IMG/VR virus record: IMGVR_UViG_3300028187_000002
Strand: one strand, 5' to 3'
Length of the DNA stretch: 64,000 nt
From: an uncultured virus (IMG/VR IMGVR_UViG_3300028187_000002)
Taxonomy: Duplodnaviria > Heunggongvirae > Uroviricota > Caudoviricetes > Herelleviridae
The notes beneath the pieces are model-generated. The model was not told where the DNA came from, ran no database searches, and worked only from the letters and a program-made list of their open reading frames with translations. Made by a program: the position numbers and the translations under genes. Positions 56,260 to 64,000 of the stretch are shown one piece after another. How positions within the stretch are numbered: the stretch's first letter is position 1; every line of letters starts with the position of its first letter.

Positions 56260-58773
56260 ATGGTAGTTCAACGATATAAACCTAATGCCGAGGTCACTTT
56301 CTTTACTGAAGAGGGTCAGCTAGTAGCAAGAGGTGTAGCTGACCCTAATAGTAAGGTAGACAATGACATTGTGGCGGTCTACACTAATAGAGATATAGGG
56401 GAAGATGCTCCTGTATTCAATATAACCCTCACTAACCGAAAGCCTTGGCATAGGTGGATTACTGCAAATGATATGTTAATTATCAAAATGTGCAGACCAC
56501 CTGAAGCCTTGGCTGAAGTTATGTTTGGACTAGTAGATTTTGCAGGCAAGACTGTAGACGCTAACAACGATGCACCGTCTCGTACTATCTCAGTAAAGGG
56601 CAGAGGGTTTGCTAAAGCATTCATACAGTTTGATATTGGTATCGTGCCTGAAGCACAGTTCAATATCGAAAAACTAGGTTGGGTTCAGACTCTTGGTATT
56701 ACACTAGACCAAGCAACCCCAGACCAGCTAGCAAAAGCAGCATACGATAAGATAGCCAAGCCTTTCATAAACTACAAGTGGAAAGGCTCTAAAGCTTTAT
56801 TCGACATACTGAAAACTAAGTTTAGTGCAAGAAAAGATATGAAATTACTAGACACGTCTGGTTTAATGGCATGGCAAGGCAGTTTGCTAGGTATGTACAA
56901 TGCTATAGCAGAAAAGCCTTTCCATGAGATATTCTACGAGGTAGAGAATGGCTCCCCTACTATGGTCATTAGAGAGACTCCTTTCAATAAGGACAAGTGG
57001 GATAAGTTGCCTTCTGTAGAAATTGGAGACCAAGACGTAGTGACGGACGATACAGGCAGAGGAGACCTAGAGACTTACACAATGTTCTCTGTAAGTGCCA
57101 AGACGTTAATGGCTCCAGATGATATGTTTAAGACCTTTGGGGTTCGTCCATACTGGTATCCACCCTATAAGAATAAATATGGCATCAGACGCTTGACAGT
57201 AGAGACTTCTTACCTAGCGGTAAATGGTACTCCTACTGGAGGGGGAACGGGTGCAGGCGGTACAGGTGTAGGTGCTGGTGGTACTACTGGTGCTCCACTT
57301 AATCCTGACCCTCCAGGTGTAGGCGGTAATACTGGAGGTAACAACGGAGGTACTGGTACTAACCCAACCAATCCAACTACTCCTACTGACCCTAGCCAAC
57401 CAAATGCTGGTAACGGTAGCCAAACTACTACAAACCAAGATGGTTCTACGGGTACAACACCTGCTAATGGTAACGGTACTGGTTCTGTTGACTTGATGAA
57501 AGGTCTTATGGAAGACCTATATAATTGGAATATTCTTAATAACCATTTCTATAGCGGAAATCTCGTTGTAAAAGGCAGTAACAAATACAAGGTAGGAACA
57601 AGACTTGTATATAAATCGGTAGAAGACAATTCCACTATTGAATACTACATTAAGTCAGTTACCCAGAATTTCAATACCTTTGGTGCATGGGTTACAACTC
57701 TAGGAGTAATCCGAGGATGTGAACCATCTAAACGCTTTAGCCCACCAGTAGGCAAGTTCGAACAGTATGAAGGTCATGGCTTCTTAGGTGACAACAGTAC
57801 TATTGCAGAGCAAAAAGCTAGTGGCGGTTTACCTAACCTCAATGACTTGTGGAGTCAGATATTTGGAGGTATGTTCGGTGGAGGCGGTCTGCTAGGGGGC
57901 TTAATACCTGGACTAGGTGGTGGATTAGGAGTAGGTATAGATGGTAGTGCTGCACAGAAGGTAGTAGCAGGTGCCCAGAGTATCCTACAAAATGGTATCA
58001 ATGGTGTGAGAGTTCACTATACGTTCGGTGGAGGTAACCCTGCATCAGGTGCTCTAGACTGTTCATCTTTCACTCAATACGTTTACAAAACTTATGCAGG
58101 TATAGATATTGGAAGGGTTACTGGGGAACAGGTTAAGAAAGGTACTGAAGTATCTAAGCAAAATCTACAACCAGGTGACTTAGTATTCTTCAAGAATACT
58201 TACAATAGTGGATATATCTATGGGGTTTCTCACGTAGGTATTTATGTAGGTAACGGTAACTTTATTGAGAACTCTAGTTCTAAGTCAGTTACCCTAACTG
58301 CTCTAAGTAATTCCTATGCTACTGCCCACTGGCTGATGGGTAGACGTGTACTAGCAGCCTCTACTGGGGGAGGAGGTGCAGGTGGTGGTGCTGGGGGTGC
58401 AGGTAATGGTCAAGTATCTGCTGGTGCTGGTGGTACTAAGTTCATAGCGACTGTATACAGTTCACCAAACATTGACAATTACTCACCAAACACCACTACT
58501 GCTGTAGGTGCTCCTACTGTAGAAGGTGTTACTATAGCGGTTGACCCTAAAGTCATACCACTACACAGTCAAGTACAGATTACTTGTCCTTCCTATCCAG
58601 CAGTCAATGGTACCTATACTGCACAGGATACAGGTAGTGCAATCAAAGGTAACCGTATTGATATCTACTGGGAAGGTAGACCACCTAGGAATGCAGAAGC
58701 AGTTAAGAAGGCTATGAATAACTTCGGTAAGAAGGAAGTCTTTGTTAAGGTACTAAGATACGGGAAAGGGTGA
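56260..58773 (+). CDS. baseplate hub/tail lysin with NlpC/P60 and 3D domains
   Basis: LDCSSF..PGDLVFF..HVGIY; IAVDPKVIPL..AQDTGSAIKGNRIDIY. Confidence 0.85.
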   Translation: MVVQRYKPNAEVTFFTEEGQLVARGVADPNSKVDNDIVAVYTNRDIGEDAPVFNITLTNRKPWHRWITANDMLIIKMCRPPEALAEVMFGLVDFAGKTVDANNDAPSRTISVKGRGFAKAFIQFDIGIVPEAQFNIEKLGWVQTLGITLDQATPDQLAKAAYDKIAKPFINYKWKGSKALFDILKTKFSARKDMKLLDTSGLMAWQGSLLGMYNAIAEKPFHEIFYEVENGSPTMVIRETPFNKDKWDKLPSVEIGDQDVVTDDTGRGDLETYTMFSVSAKTLMAPDDMFKTFGVRPYWYPPYKNKYGIRRLTVETSYLAVNGTPTGGGTGAGGTGVGAGGTTGAPLNPDPPGVGGNTGGNNGGTGTNPTNPTTPTDPSQPNAGNGSQTTTNQDGSTGTTPANGNGTGSVDLMKGLMEDLYNWNILNNHFYSGNLVVKGSNKYKVGTRLVYKSVEDNSTIEYYIKSVTQNFNTFGAWVTTLGVIRGCEPSKRFSPPVGKFEQYEGHGFLGDNSTIAEQKASGGLPNLNDLWSQIFGGMFGGGGLLGGLIPGLGGGLGVGIDGSAAQKVVAGAQSILQNGINGVRVHYTFGGGNPASGALDCSSFTQYVYKTYAGIDIGRVTGEQVKKGTEVSKQNLQPGDLVFFKNTYNSGYIYGVSHVGIYVGNGNFIENSSSKSVTLTALSNSYATAHWLMGRRVLAASTGGGGAGGGAGGAGNGQVSAGAGGTKFIATVYSSPNIDNYSPNTTTAVGAPTVEGVTIAVDPKVIPLHSQVQITCPSYPAVNGTYTAQDTGSAIKGNRIDIYWEGRPPRNAEAVKKAMNNFGKKEVFVKVLRYGKG

Positions 58774-58778
58774 TTGCT

Positions 58779-59915
58779 ATGCAATTTCAACCACATCTTG
58801 GTAGGGAATTTAAGGATAACTACAAGCCACAGGACAGACTTAACTTTATGTCCTTGGCTAAGGTTATCAAAGTCCACCATAAGCACCATACAGCAGATGT
58901 GCAGTTGATTAAAACTAATGACACCATACGTTCCAGTGAAGAATCTGAAGGTAAGTATAGTGCTAAGATACTTACTCAAGGTGCTCATTTTGATGATACA
59001 ACAATAGGAACATCTGGTGTCATGTACCCTATCCAAGAAGGTCAGCTAGTAGTGGTTGCCTTCTTAGATGGAGTATACACACAACCAATTATCATTGGTA
59101 GTACTCACAATAACAAAATGGATGAATTTAATATTCTTCCTAACAGATACCCTCTAAGACCTGACAGTTCTCTAGAGGATATGAGGGAAGCACTAAAGTA
59201 CCTCAATGTACACCCATCTCAATTCTACACAATGATAGATGGTATAGGTTCTGTGGAGATGTCCCACCCTTCTAAGACTTTTCTAAAGATTGACCCAGAC
59301 TTATACAGTGAGATATCAGATGAGCATGGAGGGTTTGACCACCAACACTTAACAGAGCGTGACCCTATGACATATAGACCTCGTTCTGCTAAAACAGAGA
59401 ATACTGCATACCCTGTTAAAATGCTCTTTAACTATAGAACTAGCTTTGAGGATACTGACACTACTTGGACTAAGTTCTTCCTTAATAGTGACGGAATGCT
59501 TAGGGTGACTAGAGATACCAACGATGAAGCCATAACTTACCAAGAGTTAGGTGCACGTGGGGAGTACAAAGTTCGTAGACAACTAGATAGCTCTAAGCAT
59601 GGTGAGGGTAAAGACTTTGTAGAGCTAGTCATCGAAGAAACAGGTAGAACCATTATTAAGAGGTCTGTAGATGGCAATGAGTCTATGATAGAGATAAGCG
59701 AGCTAGGGGACATAGCACTAGAGAATTCTACAGATACCTATGTCAGAGTAACCGTTGATGGGGATATTAATTTACGAGCAGATGGAGAACTAAATATAAC
59801 AACCCAGAACGGTAAAGCTTTTCCAGTATTGGTTTCTAGCGAAGAACCGCCAAACCCAAAGGACGGGTTAATTTGGTTAGACACAAGCATTCCAACGGAG
59901 GTGCCTAAGCCATGA
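58779..59915 (+). CDS. baseplate central spike (gp5/gpV-like)
   Basis: N-terminal OB-like AKVIKV..P..GQLVVVAFLDG; beta-repeat C-terminus. Confidence 0.65.
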   Translation: MQFQPHLGREFKDNYKPQDRLNFMSLAKVIKVHHKHHTADVQLIKTNDTIRSSEESEGKYSAKILTQGAHFDDTTIGTSGVMYPIQEGQLVVVAFLDGVYTQPIIIGSTHNNKMDEFNILPNRYPLRPDSSLEDMREALKYLNVHPSQFYTMIDGIGSVEMSHPSKTFLKIDPDLYSEISDEHGGFDHQHLTERDPMTYRPRSAKTENTAYPVKMLFNYRTSFEDTDTTWTKFFLNSDGMLRVTRDTNDEAITYQELGARGEYKVRRQLDSSKHGEGKDFVELVIEETGRTIIKRSVDGNESMIEISELGDIALENSTDTYVRVTVDGDINLRADGELNITTQNGKAFPVLVSSEEPPNPKDGLIWLDTSIPTEVPKP

Positions 59916-60421
59916 ATGCACAAAACGATGGAAAGAACAAACTTAGACGTATGGAGTTCATCTTCAATGGTCAATCCTTTAAACTAGCATTAAACCCAGA
60001 GGAATACGACCAGTCTCAACCTAGCAGGGTGGCTATTACCCAAACTAAAGGTGGGGCTTGGGTAGATGACTGGGGTGCTGGTATTGCTAATATCAGCATG
60101 AAAGGTACTACTGGTTGGAAGAATGGTACAGGAGACCCTACTAGTGGTTTCAAGAAGTTTAGAGAGTTACAAGCAATGGTAGAAGCTTACTACACTAAAC
60201 TACCTCCTGGCTCTACTATACCAGCAGATAAGGAAATGATATTCCATAACTACACGGATGAACAGCACTACGTAGTAATACCTAAGGTTTTCAGACTATT
60301 TAGGTCTGTAGCTAGACCATTGCTTTATCAATACCAGCTTGAGCTAATATGTCAACGTGATGCTAGTGCTCCTGCTAGTCAAGGTAGATCCGTTGAAATA
60401 CGACAGGGAAGGGTGCAGTGA
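59912..60421 (+). CDS. baseplate/tail tube initiator-like protein
   Basis: LNPEEY..TKGG..DDWG; position. Confidence 0.6.
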   Translation: MNAQNDGKNKLRRMEFIFNGQSFKLALNPEEYDQSQPSRVAITQTKGGAWVDDWGAGIANISMKGTTGWKNGTGDPTSGFKKFRELQAMVEAYYTKLPPGSTIPADKEMIFHNYTDEQHYVVIPKVFRLFRSVARPLLYQYQLELICQRDASAPASQGRSVEIRQGRVQ

Positions 60422-60425
60422 TGAT

Positions 60426-61049
60426 ATGTATGCTAATCCATCAGAAGACTATATCTCTGCTAATATGAATTCTAAGGCTCTTAACTACTTGTTAGACACT
60501 ATGTGTAACATTAGCGCTGTATTGGGAGATACGGATGGTAAGGTAACTATAACTACAGCTACAGATATCACCAAGTCTTTAGATATAGCTGGTACTGGGG
60601 CAGTCCTGTCCAACACTGAAGTTATACAGGACGCTCCTTCTTCATACCTAATTGAAGAGTATTATACTCCAGAGGTAGCTTATGAATCCTACCTTACTTA
60701 TATAGGGATGAGGTCAGGAGACCCATACTATGTGCTGGGTATAACTGATAGTAGAGAGGTAACAAGCCCTCTTCTAACTCTAACTAGAGAGCCTCATGTA
60801 CCTGCTTATCTCACTATCAGAAGCCTTTACTTGGAAGCTTTCAGCCTGTACAAGAATGCTATAGAGCTAAAGACTCTAGACTCTTCACATGCAGACAAGG
60901 TCATAACCAATTGTAGGGTGCTTGCTTCATTCTTAGCTACTAAAGACAAAGTGAACTATGACCTGTTAGAGGTACTAAAGACCTTAAAGATGTCCCTGAT
61001 GTTCCTTAAACACTACGCTTACTTACTGCCTGAACAGGAGGGATACTAA
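60426..61049 (+). CDS. hypothetical baseplate-region protein
   Basis: ORF in operon. Confidence 0.65.
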   Translation: MYANPSEDYISANMNSKALNYLLDTMCNISAVLGDTDGKVTITTATDITKSLDIAGTGAVLSNTEVIQDAPSSYLIEEYYTPEVAYESYLTYIGMRSGDPYYVLGITDSREVTSPLLTLTREPHVPAYLTIRSLYLEAFSLYKNAIELKTLDSSHADKVITNCRVLASFLATKDKVNYDLLEVLKTLKMSLMFLKHYAYLLPEQEGY

Positions 61050-61648
61050 TGAAATACCGTAAGTATTTGGTCAAGCACAGTGACACAATACAAATGATAG
61101 CCCAGAATGAGCTAGGAGACGCTGCTAAATGGACTGAACTAGCTCTTTTGAATGACTTGGCTTATCCATTCATTGATACTCTCTCTAGTAAAGGTGTAGT
61201 AGCTCCTGGGGATTATCTATTAATCCCTATGGGCGAGGGTATGGAATCTGACCCTAGCTTAGTGTATGGTCAAGACCTTTTGCTAACCACTGACAAGTTC
61301 AGTCTAACAAATGGTACGAACGGTGACCTTATAGCTCAAGATGGAGACTTTGCTATAATAGATGGAGTACAAACCCTTAAACAGGACTTATTCCACAGAC
61401 TACTTACACCTCTAGGCACTCTCCCTTATCATCCAGACTATGGTAGTAACATGCCAATGTTAATAGGTACTGTCAGAACAGATGAGTGGCGAGTTAAGAT
61501 GAGTATAGAGGTAGCAAGGACATTCAAGAGCGATGCTAGAGTACTAGATGTTGCCAACATTAAAGTAGAGCCTATTGACAATGGTGTTATCATTGAATGC
61601 GACATCATCACAGATGTAGGGGAAACTAGAATACATGGCATTATATAG
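61049..61648 (+). CDS. LysM-like plus gp25-like baseplate wedge protein
   Basis: DTIQMIAQNELGD; LLTPLGTLPYHPDYGS; DARV. Confidence 0.75.
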   Translation: MKYRKYLVKHSDTIQMIAQNELGDAAKWTELALLNDLAYPFIDTLSSKGVVAPGDYLLIPMGEGMESDPSLVYGQDLLLTTDKFSLTNGTNGDLIAQDGDFAIIDGVQTLKQDLFHRLLTPLGTLPYHPDYGSNMPMLIGTVRTDEWRVKMSIEVARTFKSDARVLDVANIKVEPIDNGVIIECDIITDVGETRIHGII

Positions 61649-61660
61649 GAGGTGTGACAG

Positions 61661-62704
61661 ATGAAAATAAAGACTATGAAAGAGATAGTGTCTGACATGG
61701 CAGGTTATATGGTAACTGCTGGTAGTAAGATTACTAACTTCAATCCAGGGTCTATAGTGAGAACTCTATTTGAAGCATTGGCTACAGAGATAGAGCAACT
61801 ATACTTCAAAATGAAAAGGGGTCATGCTGAAGCTATAGAAGGCTCTCTGTATACTAGCTTTGGTTTCAGTAAGACACCTGCTGTTAAAGCTACTGGTTTG
61901 TTAACTCTAGAGTTTAAAGCGCCTTTAAGCCTAGTATTTACAATCAGTAAAGGACACACATTCTACACAGTTCCAGTAAAGGGAAAGGTTATCTACTTTG
62001 AGTGTCTAGAGGATAAGACTGTTCCTATAGGTGAAACCTCTGTAGATGTCAAAGTTCAGTGTACAGAAGCAGGGGAGGTTGGTAACGTACCACCTCTATC
62101 TATCCGTAGTGTAATGTCTCCATTGCCAATGGTAGAGCGTATGTACAACCTATCACCTTTCCATACAGGCTTACCTGAAGAGACTACTGAACAACGTAAG
62201 AAGCGCTTCAGTAACTTCATTGGTACTTTACAAAGGGGTACAGTTGAGTCCATAAAGTATGGGGTGTCTCAAATACCTGACGTTGCTGGGGTTAACGTGA
62301 AAGAGGATGTAGGTCTTATCTATATTTATGTTCATGATGCACAAGGTCAGTTACCTGCTCCACTACAAGCACAAGTAGAGAACCTCCTACCTAATTACAA
62401 GTGTGGGGGAATCAAACCCATTGTATCAAAGGTTAATATCAAGACGGTAGACATTGACATCAAGGTTGCTATTGAGAATGGGTTTGATAAAGGCACATAT
62501 GCTCTAATCATCTACAACTCTGTTAGTACCTTCTTAGAAAAGTATACGGTGGGCAAACCTTTACTAAGAGCTGAGTTAGTGAGGTTCATAATGAACTTAG
62601 ACTACAATGCTATAATGAACGTTAATCTTAGTATTGACAAGGACGTTATAGCAGTAGAGAATGAACTAGTAAGACCTGGTAAGCTTACTATAAATATAGA
62701 GTAG
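61661..62704 (+). CDS. baseplate J-like wedge protein
   Basis: TNFNPGSIVRTLFEA; CTEAGEVGN; GLPEET. Confidence 0.85.
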   Translation: MKIKTMKEIVSDMAGYMVTAGSKITNFNPGSIVRTLFEALATEIEQLYFKMKRGHAEAIEGSLYTSFGFSKTPAVKATGLLTLEFKAPLSLVFTISKGHTFYTVPVKGKVIYFECLEDKTVPIGETSVDVKVQCTEAGEVGNVPPLSIRSVMSPLPMVERMYNLSPFHTGLPEETTEQRKKRFSNFIGTLQRGTVESIKYGVSQIPDVAGVNVKEDVGLIYIYVHDAQGQLPAPLQAQVENLLPNYKCGGIKPIVSKVNIKTVDIDIKVAIENGFDKGTYALIIYNSVSTFLEKYTVGKPLLRAELVRFIMNLDYNAIMNVNLSIDKDVIAVENELVRPGKLTINIE

Positions 62705-62715
62705 GAGTGGTTTAC

Positions 62716-63252
62716 ATGGCATTCATTAGTAAACTGGCTTCCTTCTTTAATAGAAAGTCTAAAGGGGAGTTAGGAAACCTAGCAGGTGCTTGGCAGAAGT
62801 CCCTTGATAAGGCTGAATCAGACCTAACAGAACTAGAACTCCAATATATTATAGACACTGCTACTGGTGAGTGGCTAGAAGAATGGGGTTCTTGGTTTGA
62901 GGTTAGTAGGAAGCTCAATGAAACAGATGAAAAGTATAGAGTCCGAATTAAGCTGAAAATGACCAGAGCCAAGAGTACTATTCCAGCACTAGTAGCAGCT
63001 GTTAAGGAAGCAATGGGGGAGGATACAATTGTAGTGCCTTATGAGACCTATAAGGACTTGTTTATACACAACATGTCCCCCCTAAGCGGAACACACAAGT
63101 TACAAGACGCTGAGTACACTAGGCTTGCAGTAGTAGTACTGAAGATAAATAAGCAACTTACACCAGAAGCTGACCTATTGGTTCGTAGTGTTAAAGGTGC
63201 AGGTATAAGACTTATAATTGAATATGTGCCTAATCTACAGCCACAACCTTAA
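62716..63252 (+). CDS. baseplate wedge protein (tail protein I-like)
   Basis: TATGEWLEEWG..ETDEKYRVRI. Confidence 0.7.
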   Translation: MAFISKLASFFNRKSKGELGNLAGAWQKSLDKAESDLTELELQYIIDTATGEWLEEWGSWFEVSRKLNETDEKYRVRIKLKMTRAKSTIPALVAAVKEAMGEDTIVVPYETYKDLFIHNMSPLSGTHKLQDAEYTRLAVVVLKINKQLTPEADLLVRSVKGAGIRLIIEYVPNLQPQP

Positions 63253-63338
63253 TCATACCCTGTACCGCAATATGCGGGCAGGGATATTTTATTAGAAATT
63301 AGAATAGTAGAACTGAACGAAAAGGAGATGAAAACCAT

Positions 63339-64000
63339 ATGATTAATAAAGACGCTCCTTACTACGATGACTTTGACCCAGCCAAGAAGTACAGTAAGAT
63401 TTCCTTTGTACCAGGTAGGGTAGCCCAAGCACGTGAGTTTACTCAAATGCAGACAATCATGTATGAGTATCTTAAACGAGTATCAGATACACTGTACAGA
63501 GACGGTTCTGTAGTGTCTGGGATGGGTTGGACTCTGACTAGTAACACAATAAAGATTGAAGCAGGTAAGGTATACCTTAAAGGTGTGGTTCATCTGTTTG
63601 ATGCCCAAGAGATACCTATTACTAAAAAGGGTAAAGAAATTGTAGGTGTTAAGCTGAAAGAAGAGATAATTACAGAAGCTAATGACATCTCCCTTACAGA
63701 CCCAGCCCTTAATATGGGTAACTATGGACAACCAGGTGCTCATAGGGTTAAGTCTAGTGTTGAGCTTAAAATCAATGACCCTGATGCTTCTCCTATCTAT
63801 GAGTTTAATGAAGGGGAGCTACAGTTAGAAATGGCAAGACCCCAATTCGATAGTGGATTGATGGATATGTTAGCTAAACGTACTAGAGATACTAATGGTA
63901 ACTACCGAGTGGTTGGTTTAGATTTAAGTGCTGAAGAGCACGATGCCAATAACATGAGAGTTATAGTAGAAGCTGGTACAGCATATATAATGGGTTATGA
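63339..64000 (+). CDS. DUF4815-like large baseplate/tail protein, 5' part (runs off the window)
   Basis: translated by hand: MINKDAPYYDDFDPAKKY..FVPGRVAQAREFTQMQ; AAGGAG SD. Confidence 0.8.
   Translation, partial: MINKDAPYYDDFDPAKKYSKISFVPGRVAQAREFTQMQTIMYEYLKRVSDTLYRDGSVVSGMGWTLTSNTIKIEAGKVYLKGVVHLFDAQEIPITKKGKEIVGVKLKEEIITEANDISLTDPALNMGNYGQPGAHRVKSSVELKINDPDASPIYEFNEGELQLEMARPQFDSGLMDMLAKRTRDTNGNYRVVGLDLSAEEHDANNMRVIVEAGTAYIMGY

Noticed and set aside
8517..63743. Numerous minus-strand ORFs opposite long plus-strand genes
   Set aside because: Shadow frames of the coding strand; no SD or recognisable motifs.
1..64000. Apparent scarcity of some 4-bp palindromes (GGCC, CCGG, GATC) and abundance of CTAG
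   Set aside because: Impression only; it needs observed/expected k-mer counts that I cannot compute reliably by eye.

Overview
64 kb of a large lytic myophage, most likely infecting a Bacillus-group host: it has strong SD sequences, sigmaA-type promoters, a sporulation-type sigma factor and a Herelleviridae/SPO1-like morphogenesis gene order. Layout: (1) 1-8.5 kb, a convergent early-gene module with five near-identical strong promoters, three paralogues of a helix-loop-helix protein, a six-copy structured intergenic RNA element and an orientation-fixed DNA repeat; (2) 8.7-14.6 kb, terminase genes followed by a GNAT-like protein; (3) 14.9-30.2 kb, small accessory genes, a ParB/DUF3626-like multidomain protein, a sigma factor and a Rok-like protein; (4) 30.2-32.8 kb, a structured non-coding block with two canonical tRNAs, five tRNA-shaped elements with aberrant anticodon arms and long closing stems; (5) a beta-helix protein and PhoH; (6) 37-64 kb, head, neck, contractile tail and baseplate genes. 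The strongest candidate for an undescribed system is a dispersed family of five proteins. They share a hydrophobic-D/N-I/V-S-K|A/G leader plus an LNxGKLxKRxVxVKGxxGxTFxRMQWxxP module, and four of them carry different enzymatic payloads (two GNATs, ParB plus DUF3626-like, a HExxH peptidase), each followed by a small partner ORF or peptide. They may be protease-matured, capsid-packaged, injected effectors. All domain calls come from motif recognition by eye; no searches were run.
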